DNA from: Hemiscyllium ocellatum
Lineage: Eukaryota
Length of the DNA stretch: 64,000 bases
NCBI RefSeq assembly: GCF_020745735.1
Contig: NC_083420.1
Coordinates: 39,370,001-39,434,000 of the forward strand
Reading direction: 5' to 3'
Part shown: one piece after another, positions 23,960 through 37,656 of the stretch
How positions within the stretch are numbered: the first letter of the stretch is position 1
Layout of the letters: every line of letters starts with the position of its first letter
Program-made: the position numbers and the translations under genes
The notes under the pieces: model-generated
What the model was told of the DNA's origin: nothing
The model's database searches: none
What the model saw: only the letters and a program-made list of their open reading frames with translations

Positions 23960-24663
23960 GGGTTGGTGACAATTCGCCACGGCAGATTCGCCGCTGATGA
24001 TTAGCCACTGCCAGTTCTCCACCAGCATTTCTCCACTGGGGTTGTTTGATCTCTGGAGACTATTCGCTACTGGAAATATATATAAGTACTGATTGTTTTC
24101 CCTCCCACCTGTTCTTTCATACTTCTCAATCCCCTCTATTTATACAATTACATACTACATATTGATTTAAAAAAAGGTAAAATAAATATCATTTTATTGG
24201 TTTATGTATATAAATGAGTTACAAACTTTAAGCAGAAAAAGGAAATATATTTTAAAAATCTTTATAATAGCTGTAAAATCTCACATTAATATTAAACAAT
24301 GAAATTTCAGTTCATTTGATAGTTATGTGCTATTCCTCTAAGATACTCCAAACAATCTCTTTCACCATATTCAAGAACAACGCAACGCAAACACTACCTT
24401 AACCAATATAACGACAATTTTATATAGTTTAGATATGCTTGTTCTCTAACATTTTAAACGTTGTTAAATTAAAAAAATCTATTAACAAAAATAAATGGTT
24501 ATTAAGACAAGTAAACGCTACCACCAATATTCAAAATTTACGACTTATTTGCGGTGACGAATTGTCTTCACTGGCCAATGGATGGTGGCTAAGCATCCTC
24601 GGTGGATAAAGGACAGTGGCTAATCGTCGGTGGCGAATCTGCTCTGGTGAATGGTCCCATCCC
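23960..24663 (-). mobile_element. Non-autonomous MULE (Mutator/Phantom-like) DNA transposon
   Basis: About 50-bp imperfect TIRs built from ~15-bp subrepeats; 9-bp TSD ttctaggaa/gtctaggaa; internal minus-strand remnant LEYLRGIAHNY* at 24307-24390. Confidence 0.78.
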
Positions 24664-25269
24664 GTCTAGGAAAGGTGGAGGATCTTGCAATCATAGGATC
24701 AGTTAGCTATACTATTGATGGATTTGAGTGTATGTTTTCACTAGAACATAACGAGGAGCAGGAGTGAGCAATTTACCCCCTCGAACCTGCTCTGCCATTT
24801 GATGCGATCATGGCTGACCTCATCTTGGCTTTAACACAATTTTCTTGCCCACTCCCCATCACACTTCAGCTCTACTTATTAAACTCCATCTCCTCCTCAA
24901 ATTTACTCACTGTCCCAGATCAACCACAGTCCTGGGGACAATGAATTCCACAGTTCACAGTCTGTACTGAGTTTGCAACTAAAACAAAACATATTGGTTC
25001 TTCAAATCACGATGTTGTAATGGTTTTCAATGTCTCACTATGGGAAAGGTTTCATTTGCAGAGAATATTGGAGGGATTTGCTGATACCAGGAATGAAAGG
25101 CTTTTAGTTAACAAGAGAGAATGGAATAAGAGCTGTTCCCTTAATGAAAAACAAGGAAAATTAAATGGAGAACCAAAAGAGCTGCTCAGAATTGTGAAGT
25201 GCCTTGTTTGCAATAATTTGAAAACAATTATTTTCTTTCATTCCAAGGATTACAATCCTAACTTTTCCA

Positions 25270-28110
25270 TTTGTATCACCTAAACTGAACTTTCTCAGTC
25301 TTGGAACCATTCCTGTGAACCTCTTCTGCAGTTTCTCCAATGCCCTTCCTATACTTTAGCACTCCGAATTATACACAATACTTCAGTTGGGATTTAAGCG
25401 TGTCTTATATAAGTTCAGACTGTATCCTTTAATTCTATCTCCACCTGTCCTGCCACATTCACTGATCCATGTGCATATACATCCAGATTTCTCTGCTCCT
25501 GCACCCCATTTAGAATTGTACTCTTTATTTTATACCCTTTATTTCCTCCTACCAAAATGCATCAATTTACACTTCTTTGCATTGACCTTCATCTGCCACA
25601 TATTTTCCCAGTCCACCAATTTGGTTAGGTCCATTGAGAGTTCTGCACTGTCTTTCTTTATACTTTACAATGCTTCCAAGTTTTGTATCATCTGCAAACT
25701 TTGAAATTTATCAAGATTTTAATTGTTGCTATATATTGGATAAGTAAAAGGTCCTAATGCTGATCCTTTACAAACTTCATTACAAATCTTCCTTCAGCCT
25801 GAAAAATATTCAATGTCAGATATCACTTGGCTATTTTGTAACCATGTTGCTACTGTCCCTTTTATTCTGTGAGCTATATCTTTTCTCATAAGTCAATTAT
25901 TTGGTGCTGTTTTGAATGACTTTGAGAAGACAATATCTCTAGTTCTTTGTTCGGTATATGGACTTCTGAGGCCTGTACACAGCAGCGACCTATGAACACA
26001 GAAGTCTGTCAGCATGTCTATTGTGGCATGCGCAGAACCTCAGAGCATCTGCAATCATGCAGCTTAGAGGGAGCACTGGTCACCGATGCTTTGTTGCATC
26101 TTCAAACTCCAACAAGTTAGTTAAACATGGTTTTCTTATTAGAAATTCCTGAAGAAGGGCTTATGCCCGGAACGTCGATTCTCCTGTTCCTTGGATGCTG
26201 CCTGACCTGCTGCGCTTTTCCAGCGACACATTTTCACCTGTGATCTCCAGCATCTGAATTCCTCACTTTCTCCTTTCTTATTAGAAATCCAAGTAACTTC
26301 TAATTCCAGCCCACGAAACATCTCCATCACTATGGTTCAACTGAGTTGTCTGCAATTTGCTGGTTTTATCTTAACAATGTATTTTGTACAGGGGCATGAT
26401 GTTTGCAGTTCTCCAATCTTTTGGCACCTCGCCTGAGCCCACGGAAAACTGAAAGATTAGGGCCAGTGCCCCTGCACTTTCCATCTCACTTCCTTTAGTA
26501 TCCTTGGTTACACCTCATCTAGTCCTAGTCTACAATACTGATACATTATCAACTTTAAGTGCCAGTAATCCATCCAACACTTCTTGGTCTCGGCTGCATC
26601 TCCTTCTTTAGTAATAACAAATGCAAAGCTTTCACTTTAATGCCTCAGCCATGTCACTGCTTCCATATGAAATGCTTTTTTTGGTCCTAATTGGCCCCAT
26701 TCCTCTTCGTACCACTTTTATTTTAATATACCTATCCAAGAGTTTGGGACTCCCCATTACATTGGCTGTTAGTGTTTCTCAGTATTCAGCTGCTCCGAAT
26801 ATACTTTTTGCCTCCACTCTATACCTCTGCATTCTTTTTGGTTCTCAATTTTCTACCAGTCACCTATCATAAACCCAGTTTTTCTTCTTTCAAGTTCAAT
26901 TTCATTTATCATCCAGGAAGTTCTAGATTTGTCTACCATTAGTTTTTGAGGAAATATACCTTGACTGTACCTGAACCATCCTCAAAGGTAGCCCATTGTT
27001 TTGTTACAGTTTTTCTCACCACTGTTTCTTTCCAGTCTATCTTACCCAGCTCTGTTCTTGCCCCATTGAACTTGGTTCTCCCCCAGTTGATTTTTGTTAA
27101 ACTCTGGAATGATGTTGTCATTCTCAACTTTATGGATGTTATGAACACTTATCTCCTAAATGCTCCCCCACTAACACTTGGCCTACCTCATTGCCAAAAA
27201 TCAGGTTCAACAGTGCAACTTTTTACTATTGGACTGGAAGCATACTGCTGTAGAAATGTCTCCTGAACACCAACTAGGAACACTTTCCACTTGCAGTACC
27301 AGTATCCCAGACTGTTTGGATTATCAAAAGCCCCCATTGTAATTACTCTATAACATTAGCATCTGTCTGTAATTTTGTGACAGCATATTCCACTTCATCC
27401 TTCCCAACAGTTGATGGTCTATGGTCTCAGCAAATTGATTCTGTTTTCTAATCCTCTGAGGCATCCTTTTTTTCTCAAGCATTGCAGTACCCTCCTTTGA
27501 AAAAAAAATTGCCACTCCTCATTCTCATTCTCACTTTCCCTTTCCCTTTTTCTATCATTTCTGAATACCTGGACCCAGGAATATTTAAACTCAGTCTCAC
27601 CCTTCGTCAAGTCAGGCCTCTATTAGCACAGCATCGTCTTTCCACATGGTAATCTGTACTTATAACTTACTAAAATCTGATTTACCTTAGCCATGCATTC
27701 ATGTCCGTGTTCAGTGACCCTGGATTAGACTTCATTACTTTCTCCCATTTTTGAGTTCACCACTAACTCACTACCGAGCATACTAATTCTCTCTGTCTCA
27801 CCACACATTTTGCAAACTTTGGTGTTCAGTATTCTATCTTGCTTCACATACATCTGCCAAGTTAATCCCAGCACACTATCAAAATGCCCTGGATCTGTTC
27901 AGGAATACAGTTGCCATTTTCCCTGGAAGCACTACCATGTCCCAGGAATAAAACCCTCCTCCCTCCTGCACTATTTTTCCAGTCAACATTCAATCTGCCA
28001 TATTGTTCTGCACTTGGCATTGAGAATAATCTGGAGGTTACTTCATTTGAGGCACTCTTTTCCCGACCGAGCTCCCTAATTTCCTATTTGCAGGAGCAGT
28101 CAACTATCTT
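25270..28110 (-). mobile_element. Old CR1 fragments
   Basis: tgtatcatctgcaaactt (KFADDT on the minus strand) at about 25684; ELGKIDWKE in ORF 26939-27148. Confidence 0.65.
26147..26273 (+). mobile_element. Single-arm copy of the same family
   Basis: Matches the 22290 element; perfect 15-bp TSD tttcttattagaaat (26132-26146 and 26274-26288). Confidence 0.85.
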
Positions 28111-28418
28111 TTAAGAGGCTCATTTAGGAAAAATACAAAAGGATAAAAATTTTTTAATAATGAATAATTTATCGTGAATAGTGATAAAACAGATTTTGTC
28201 ATTGCTTTTATACAGAGGAAGTTGATAAATATTTGAGAAAGTTGGATTTTAAAAGAATACGGGGAAAGACCATATTGGATAGCTGCTTCAAAGTTGGTTT
28301 ACCAGTGATTGGCCTTCTCTGAACTGTACTGTTCTATAATTCTGTTATTTTCTAATGTTAAATTTTTTTCATCAAGGAGTGATTTCCAGATTTTTACTGT
28401 ATTTCTTTTATATTTTAG

Positions 28419-28480
28419 AAATTACTGGCTAAGTTGCAAAGTTGGGAGAATGTGGAGCAAACTTCAGGATTAAATATTCG
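28419..28480 (+). CDS. MAD1L1: MAD1L1 coding exon 8 (last exon seen; the gene continues beyond the window)
   Basis: KLLAKLQSWENVEQTSGLNI(R) versus human RLLAKLQSWERLDQTMGLSIR; 62 nt, donor CG|GTAGGA. I did not find the following TPEDLSR-type exon in 28481-64000. Confidence 0.93.
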
Positions 28481-28970
28481 GTAGGATTCTGTGGCAAGAT
28501 ATATTTTTTTTCTTTTCAAAAGAAGATAGCCATCTGCATTCATAACATTTTTGTCTTTTCTTTTTGCTTTGTCTGCTGTGTATCTGTGTTGTATCTTTCC
28601 TATATGAATATTTGTTTTGTATAATAGTGATTGACTGGTCTCTATAATGCATTGTCTATTCTATTTATTATGTGCCTACAATTGAAACTTGACAATTTGC
28701 ATCTTGCTGTTGCAGCATGTAAACTTAGTGTAAAATATTGGGACGAACTGCTTTGCACAAGTTATATCTCTATGTTAATCACTCATAATGATCCTTTGTG
28801 ATGCTGTCAACTGAAAACCATGATGAAATACGAACAGAAAAATGCTGGGAATGTACAACAGATCATTTGACAGATGAAATTAAGTGATTTAACAAATGTA
28901 ATCCAGTGCAATGTCCCTCTACTCACTGGAATGGGACTTATTCTGTGTGGTCCTGATAAGTACCAGTCAC

Positions 28971-31346
28971 AGGCTTTTTGGAACAGCTTGTCATGGAGCC
29001 CACAAGGGAGCAGGCTATTCTGGACCTAGTGCTTTGCAATGAACCAGACTCTATAAAAGATCTTAAAGTAAGGGAACCCTTAAGAAGTAGCGATCATAAT
29101 ATGGTAGAGTTCAGACTGGAGTTTGAAAGAGAGAAGGCAAAATCAGATGTAATGGTGTTACAGTTAAATAAAGGTAATTATGAGGGCATGAGAGAGGAAC
29201 TGACAAAAATAGACTGGAAGCAGAGGCTAACCAGGAAGACAGTAGAGCAAAAATGACAGGAGTTTGTGGGTATAATTGAGCACACTGTACAGAGGTTCAT
29301 CCCCAAGAAAAGAAAGATTATCCGGGGAGGGATTAGACAACCATGGCTGACAAAGGAAGTCAGGAAATGTATTAAAGAAAAAGAGAGATCCTATAAAGTG
29401 GCTAAGAACAGTGGGAAATCAGAAGATTGGGAAGGATACAAAAACAAACAGAGGATAACAAAGAGTGTAATAAGAAATGAGAGGATCAAATATGAAGGTA
29501 GGCTAACCAGTAATATTTGAAATGATAGTAAAAGTTTCTTTCAGTACATAAGAAACAAACGACAGGCAAAAGTAGACATTGGACACTTCAAACTGATGCA
29601 GGAAGCCTAGTGATGGGAGATAAGGAAATAGCAGGAGAACTTAACAAGTACTTTGCGTCAGTTTTCACAGTGGAAGACATGAGTAATATCCCAAAAATTA
29701 AAGGGAGTCACGGGGCTGAGTTGAGTATGGTTGCCGTTACGAAAGAGATAGTGCTAGAAAAGTTAAAAAGTCTTAAAATTGATAAATCTCCTGGCCCCGA
29801 TGGGATACACCCTAGAGTTCTGAGGGAGGTGGCTGAGGAAATAGCAGAGGCATTGGTTGAGATCTTTCAAGAGTCACTGGAGTCAGGAAACGTCCCGGAT
29901 GATTGGAAGATGGCTGTTGTAACCCCCTTGTTCAAGAAGGATCTAGACAAAAGATGGAAAATTATAGGCCAATCAGCTTAACCTCGGTTGTTGGTAAAAT
30001 TCTAGAATCCATCATTAAGGATGAGGTTTCTAAATTCTTGGAAGAGCAGAGTCTGATTAGAACAAGTCAACATGGATTTAGTAAGGGGAGGTCATGCCTG
30101 ACAAACCTGTTGGAATTTTTTGAAGAGGTAACAAGTAGGTTAGACCAGGGAAACCCAGTGGATGTGGTCTATCTAGACTTTCAAAAGGCCTTTGATAAGG
30201 TGCCACACGGGAGGCTGCTGAGCAAGGTGAGGGCCCATGGTGTTCGAAGTGAGCTGTTGGGATGGATTGAGGATTGGCTGTCTAACAGAAGGCAGAGAGT
30301 TGGGATAAAAGGTTCTTTTTCAGAATGGCAGCCGGTGACGAGCGGTGTCCCGCAGGGTTCAGTGTTGGGGCCACAGCTATTCGCATTATATATTAATGAT
30401 TTGGATGAGGGGCATGGGGGCATTCTAGCGAAGTTTGCCGATGATATGAAGTTAGGTGGACAGGCAGGTAGTACTGAGGAAGTGGGGAGGCTACAGAAGG
30501 ATCTGGACAGGTTGGGAGAGTGGTCCAGAAAATTTAACGTGAGCAAGTGTGAGGTCTTGCACTTTGGCAAAAACAATAAAAGCATAGACTACTTTCTAAA
30601 TGGTGAGAAAATTAGTAAAGCCAAAGTACAAAGGGATCTGGGAGTGCTAGTCGAGGATTCTCCAAAGGTAAACATGCAGGTTGAGTCCGTGATTAAGAAA
30701 GCGAATGCAATGTTGTATCTTATCTCAAGAGGGTTGGAATATAAAAGCAGAGATGTGCTACTGAGACTTTATAAAGCTCTGGTTAGGCCACATTTGGAGT
30801 ACTGTGTCCAGTTTTGGTCCCCACACCTCAGGAAGGACATACTGGCACTGGAACGTGTCCAGCGGAGATTCACACGGATGATCCCTGGAATGGCAGGTCT
30901 AACATATGAGGAACGGCTGAGGATCCTGGGATTGTATTCATTGGAGTTTAGAAGATTAAGGGGAGATTTAATAGAGACGTTCAAGATAATACATGGCTTG
31001 GAAAGGGTGGACGCTAGGAAATTGTTTCCGTTAGGCGAGGAGACTAGGACCCGTGGACACAGCCTTAGAATTAGAGGGGGTCAATTCAGAGCAGAAATGC
31101 GGAGACATTTCTTCAGCCAGAGGGTGGTGAGCCTGTGGAATTCATTGCCACGGAGTGCAGTGGAGGCCGGGACGCTAAATGTCTTCAAGGCCGAGATTGA
31201 TAGATTCTTGTTGTCTCGAGGAATTAAGGGCTACGGGGAGAACGCTGGTAAGTGGAGTTGAAATGCCCATCAGCCATGATTGGATGGCGGAGTGGACTCG
31301 ATGGGCCGAATGGCCTTACTTCCACTCCTATGTCTTATGGTCTTAT
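28971..31346 (+). mobile_element. Young 5'-truncated CR1 LINE (ORF2 endonuclease end plus reverse transcriptase, disrupted)
   Basis: ORFs at 28978, 29266, 29610 and 29903 give SDHN (APE end), KSPGPDGIHPRVL, NYRPISLTS, YLDFQKAFDKVPH, GVPQGSVLGP and FADD. The 3' UTR ends in tcttatggtcttat. Two premature stops and two frameshifts. Confidence 0.95.
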
Positions 31347-32709
31347 AATGTAGCCCATTTCTTAAACAACAAGAAGCTTTTCCAATCCCAAAGCATTGGA
31401 CAGATGCATCAACCCATTAACACATTAATGTTACAGAATAGAATACTACTATGAAATTACCAGAATTTAGTAAAAAGGTTTTTGCTCCTGTGCTTCATTC
31501 GACCATCTGATCATGAATGTAGACTCAAGATTTATAAGGTTTAGCATTTTCTAAATGTCAAACTCAAATTACATGATGAATTATAGTGCATAAACTCAAA
31601 TATCCCTAATAGCTCACCTAATAGCCAGGTTACTTGTTTCAAACACACAGTTCCTTGATCTTCTCTACTGATCAGCAGTTAACTCTCCCTTTTGCGAGCA
31701 GGATAGAATTCCAGGGATCTGAAAAACCTCTGCTCATATTGTAATTTTCTAGCAGGGCCAACTAATAACAATTAGGAGCAAGTATCTGAGTAACATTTTC
31801 CCTTAATAACTTGCGAATTCTATCCACTAAGTTTCAAAAAAATTCATAGATGAAGGTAAATACGACCATAAGACATAAGAGTAGAAATTAAACATCGACC
31901 CCATCGAATCTGCTCTGCCATTAAATCATGGCTGATAAGTTTCTCAACTCCATTTTCCCACTTTCTCCCTGTAACCCCTGATTTTCTAGATATTCAATAA
32001 CCGATCTATCTCAATTTTAAATACCCTCATTGACCTGGCCTCCACAGCCCTTTGAATTCCATAGATTCACCATTCTGACTGAAGAAGTTTCTCCTTGCCT
32101 CTGTTCTCAAAGGTCTTTCCTTTACTCTGATCTAAGGCTGTGCACTCTGGTGCTAGTCTCTCCGACCAATGCGACTTGCTCACAAGCCTTCCTTTAAAGA
32201 CACTGCATCACTTGGTATTTATTAGCTTTAAAGGAGTCATCAGATCAGGTCCTATAATACTTTTTGTCTACTTTGAATCATCTTTAAATGGGATAATAAA
32301 GCAAGCTTAGCTTCTATCCATATTTCGGCCAAATTCTGAATGTGAGGAACTGTGTAACCCCACATATATTTTTATAGTACCATAAAATAAATCTTATCGA
32401 AGATGCTGCCACCTGTATCCTAACTTGCAGCAATTGTCATTTGATTTTCACCCTTGTGCTCACTCAATGATTCCTGCTCCAGCAATACCCCAATTTTTGA
32501 AATTTTCAATATTCATTCTCAAATTTTTCTGTTCACATGCCCTTCCTGTCTCTGTTACTTCTTCTAGTCCTATGGCACTCATATGTGATTCCTCTAATTC
32601 TGTTCTTTTGTCACTCCTGAATTTCACTGCATCATCATTGGCAGACATACCTTCAGCTGATGAAGCTACATGTTCTGAAATTCTTTCTGCAAGTGTCACT
32701 CGCGCACTG

Positions 32710-32756
32710 TCTCTCTCTCTCTCTGTCTCTTTCTCTTTCTCTCTCTCTTTCTCTCT
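32710..32756. repeat. Imperfect (CT)n microsatellite
   Basis: Read directly; it explains the REKEREKE run in the spurious ORF 32460-32783. Confidence 0.85.
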
Positions 32757-35700
32757 GTACCTTTTTGTCCTCCTTCTAACCATTTCTTAAAAACCATCTC
32801 TCTGTCCAAACTTGTAACCATTTGTTCTGATAATTTGTGATGTGTTTACCAATTTAGTTTTATAATGCTTTTATGAAGATTTGATGATCTTGGGATGGTA
32901 AGTATGTGTTGTCAAGGAGGTTGCTCATTTACATCGGTTTATTATCTTGCAGCTTCTACTTTCAGTGGCAGATAATGGCTTTTTTATAACTTTCCTTTGC
33001 TTTATAAAAGCACTTATTTTCAGACAAAATAACACTTGGTCCAATCTTCCATTGATTAGGTTATTCCAAAGAAGATGTTTGGTGGGCATCTGAATTCAGT
33101 GGTTGCCTGTCTGACTATACTTAGAGTCAGCAGTAACTTGCAGTTGTCCAGCGTAGCTTATGGAGTTAATAGCTGCATCAGAGTATGTTAAAAGTATGTT
33201 AAAATCATTGACAGTGGGCAATGTCTAAAAACTTCTGCGGAGGAGTGATTTGAAGAAATAATTGAAAGAGAGTTTACAGAAAGGTTTAGAAAATAAAACT
33301 AGATGCTTGCAACTGCCTGAAGCCAAGGCAGACATCAGGCTATACCAAAATTCCAATAATGTTTGCACTTAGTGTTGTAACTGGTGTCTTGGAGGAAATG
33401 GTCAGTGAATGTGCATGTAGTAAGCTCCCACAAGCAGCCATGAGATAACAGCTGGATAACCGGTTTTTGTTATGTTGGTCGAAGACTAAAGATTGGTTTT
33501 TCTTCAAAAGTGCCATGACATCTTTTGCATCCACCCAAAAGGGTGATGGGTGCTTTTGTTGTCTCAACTGAAAGGTAACGCCTCTGGTACTACTTCAGTA
33601 TAGCACTTGTGCTGACTTGCATTTATACTTAGTCATTTCAGTGGAACTTGATTGCATGGCCTTTTAACTAAGAAACAATAAGTTACCTCTGAATACCAAT
33701 GAAGAGAAAAAAATTGATAAGGTCGTATTTGGAAAAAGAATTTGAGGGCAGAAACCTATTGCCTGAAGGACTCCCACTGGTGGTAGAACAGAGTCAGTCT
33801 CGGATTGTAGAATTTTAGTTTAACCTTGGCTTCAGGCAGTTAAGGTGTAGATGAGGGTTTCTGTAGCAGTATAGATGTGGGTGGGTCATTTAAATGCATT
33901 GAGTTGGCTTTGGGATATAAGATCATGAATAAGACCTGTATGTCATTCGCAAGTGGCCTGGTTTTTTCTCTCTTGGTTCCAACTAATTGCTGGATACAGC
34001 AATTCAGCAAGATTTGCTGAAGTGTTAATTTGATACAGTAGGGGGCAGTGTTGCCATTGTGACACAGCATAGCAACAGCTGTGTTGGTTCTGAAGCCACT
34101 TAGATTGTTAACTATTTTCAAAATATATGTTTTGTTTATTGCAGAATTTATATTAGAAAACAAATGAAATGTAATTTTTATGTAACTTAGTAAAAACTTT
34201 AAATGTAATTGCTTCTGAAAGAGAATACAGGTACTTGTTAAATTGGGAGGACTTGTATAACTGTTGCAATACACTGGATTTTAGTCTTGTCATAGAATAC
34301 CTGAAGTCTGTGTGCTGTCTACTTCACCATAGTCACTGTAAGAAAAATATTATTAAGTTGCTTTTATGCTGGGCTAAATCTTGGACATGGCTCAAGACAT
34401 CCAAGTTTTGCACAGTCAGTTGCATGATTTTACTGAGGTTGGGTGCCAGTGAAACGTGGTTATAAGTAAGGTCCTGCCAGCCACTGTCAATTCTAGGTTT
34501 GGCGCATTTGCTTTCTGTTAGAAAGCTATGTGAAACCCATTTTCAGGAGCCAGCTTCATGTGGAACTTGGCTTTATGTGAAATCTAACTTCAAATCCTTG
34601 TAAAACACTGCTGATTTTTACAGTTTTCCTTTGCTGTGTATTCAAAAAAAGAGCTTGCAGAGAGGATAGTTCTGAAATTACAGGCTGATGGTTAAGTTGT
34701 CATTTGTATATCAATTGTTTTTTGTCCTTTTAGCCCCTGCTTTGTCTAGACCAATTGTAAAACTCTAGTGGTGGACCTTTTTTAGCACTGTGTCTCATCT
34801 TCTAGTTCCTTTATTGAAGTTTAGCCTCTGCCTAGGTCTGATGGATTATGTGTTATAAATAAGTAGCAATATTCCAAGGAATTTTCAGTTTATTTCAGTG
34901 ATTAATAGACGGTATATAATAAATGCCTTACAACATCCCAGTGAGTTGTTTGGCCAATACTTGATTCTGACGAATGACTTGTGTTATCTATCCAACTGAA
35001 TTAAACTGTGATTTTTAGCTTGTGCTTGAGCTTAATGGATATCTTAGGTATTTACAATATTCATACATAGTTTGTACCTTTTCCTCAGGTTGCAGAATGA
35101 TTTATTAGACAAGTCAGATCTGCTCAGGGGTGCAGATCTTCCCTGCTTCCCAGCCCATCCAGTGTTTTCTAAACTTTCAAAATTTCTTGTACCACATAAC
35201 ATTAACTTTAGACAGCTGATCAGATCTCAGGAGTTGCCAGTATTACTTTGCAGCTACACCCTTATCTATTTTTAATTTTGTCTCATTTTATGAAATGCTT
35301 GTGCCCTTCTCATATCTTGCTGAACAGACTGCATAAATTAACCTTGATTGCAGATTATTGGATAAGAAGTTGCAAGAACCAAACCATGATTCTACCCTTA
35401 ATCAACATGCGAGTGCCAGGTGGTTGATGAAGAGCCCTAGCTAATTATTTTCCATTGTCCAATCTGGGAATGGTACAAACTCTCAATCTGTCAGATTTAC
35501 TGAACTCATTTTTGCAATTTAACATAGTTCTGAAAAGCAGCCTGAGCTAATAAGAGCTCACAAAGGGCTAATAATAAAGCAAAAAGTCTTGGTGCTGAAA
35601 ATCTGAAAGGAAACTGGAAAATATGGGTATTAGTCAGGTTTGGGACATTGGTGGAGAGCGATTGTGTTCATGTTTTATGGCTCTTATTTTCTAACTTGCT

Positions 35701-36492
35701 TCTGTTCTGACCTTTCTGTCCTCTGCCTGCTATACTGTCCCAAATGTTTGCATGATTGGCAATCTTAATTGGATTACTGCAGCACTCATAAATTCATTGC
35801 TGCTGTTCAATTCCTCGCGTTTTCCGAATTGGTCTTTCACATAAATGAACAGTTCTGTGTTCATTTGGGAACTCTGTCAGACTGGAGTAGAGTGAAGAGA
35901 ATGATGAAGCACACCCTATATTTATGGCAGTAGCTGCCGTATGTTAAATTTTAAAGATGTAGTTTGAGTGTTATTGAATGATTTGAATAAGTGCGGTCCT
36001 AGGTAGATATGTGGATAAGGTGGGTAGTCGGATCAAGGGAAAGCATAGTTGGATCTTATTGACTGAGGTCAGTTTTGTAGTTATCCTGTTATTAGATTAA
36101 GTTTTAATTTGTCTAATCTTTCCTTAATGTTAATCTAAACTGTTTTAATCCCATACTTGAAATAGATTAGATTAAGGTTAAGGAAAGATACCCAGGTGTT
36201 AGATTAAGATTCAATTTGTCTAATCTTTTCTGAATTGCGATCCAAGTAAATTTATTCAAAGTTTCTGATGATAACTCTGATTTGGGACGTGTGAGGAAAT
36301 GGTACGGGTGAATTGTCTTTCAGAAGTTTAATCTCTCTGGGCAATTCCCAAGGAAACTTTGAGGCTTCCACAAGATCCAGACATGCACCTTTTGTTGTGC
36401 ATTTGATCACCAATAATCTGGAATTTTCCAAAATTTCAATGAAGCTCAACATAACCTTGAGGAAAAGTAGCACATGTCTTGACTAGGTACTT

Positions 36493-36586
36493 GATGAGAG
36501 TATGGCGCTGGAAAAGCACAGCAGGTCAGGTGGAATCCAAGGAGCAGGAGAATCGATGTTTCGTGCATAAGCCCTTCATCAATGAT
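36493..36586 (-). mobile_element. Short copy of the same family
   Basis: ctggaaaagcacagcaggtcagg...gcccttcatca; 10-bp TSD ctaggtactt. Confidence 0.75.
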
Positions 36587-37434
36587 CTAGGTACTTTACA
36601 GTCACCTGGACTTAACAGTGAATGCATCAATTTTAGATTATAACCTTGACCCGTATTTTGTTTCTTTTTTTTGCTTGTTCAGTTTTTTCCGCTTGTTTTG
36701 ACCTCTTTCATGTTGTGTCTGGATGACTACTATCCTGCATTCACACTTCATCAAGAATATGTTTTCTGTTTCTCTACTTGTCCTGTTATCACTCCCTTTG
36801 ACTTTTATGCCCCAATTCCTTTTGTACCATGAAATCATTCAATCTAAAATTACCTTCACCTTGTCACAGATGTTTTCTTTTGTTCTTCCCAAACTCCCCT
36901 TGTACTTGTTCAGGAGGGACAGTTTAGGGCTCAAGGTTAAGTTTTGGCAACTGAAACATAGATTTAAAAGTCACACAACATCAGGTTATAGTCCAACAGG
37001 TTTATTTTGAGGGACTAGCTTTCGAAATGCTGTTTCTTCTTCAAGTGGTTGTGGAGCAGAATCATATGACGCAGAATTTAAAGCAACAGGATTGCAGTGG
37101 CATGGAATGTAATATTAAACAAATTTTAGCTTGAGTCTTTCATCTTTTAGAATGATCCTATTAGTTTTTATTCCTTCACATTTAAATCCCAGAACTGTTT
37201 TAAAGTTACATTCTCAAAATAGCTTTTAACAATAGGTGCCATCTCAGCTCAGATAATGCATCGAAGGTGTGAAGTTAAAGTCTGTCTGTTTCCCAACGTT
37301 ACGTCAGACTGATTCTATTTCTAAAGTGGGATTTTTAGAATTTTACATGGATTTATGCAGTTTTTGAGCAAAATAAAATGTAATTCTGCCAGTACAAAAT
37401 CACTACCCAATCCTATATGGATGGGGGGGGTGGT

Positions 37435-37436
<2 letters not shown>

Positions 37437-37468
<32 letters not shown>

Positions 37469-37488
37469 AGACAGAGAGAGAGAGAGAG
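37437..37488. repeat. (TG)n(AG)n compound microsatellite in the Penelope 3' UTR
   Basis: Read directly from the sequence. Confidence 0.92.
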
Positions 37489-37656
37489 ATGGAGTATAAA
37501 CCTGTGAGTGGGAGTGTGTGTGAGTGCATGAGAGAGGGTCTGTAGGAGTATGTGTGTGAGAGTGAGAGAGAGAGAGAGAAAATAATGCAGTGGGGTCACC
37601 TGTAGTGTGACATGAACCTAAGGTCCTGGTTGAGGCCATCCCAGTGTGACCCCACC

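Noticed and set aside
29903-31261. 452-aa ORF as a host gene or active reverse transcriptase
   Set aside because: It is CR1 ORF2, 5'-truncated, with upstream stops and frameshifts and an apparent small in-frame deletion (WSRKFNV lacks the usual WQM residues).
32460-32783. Charged coiled-coil-like ORF as a further MAD1L1 exon
   Set aside because: Wrong strand, and the composition comes from a (CT)n microsatellite.
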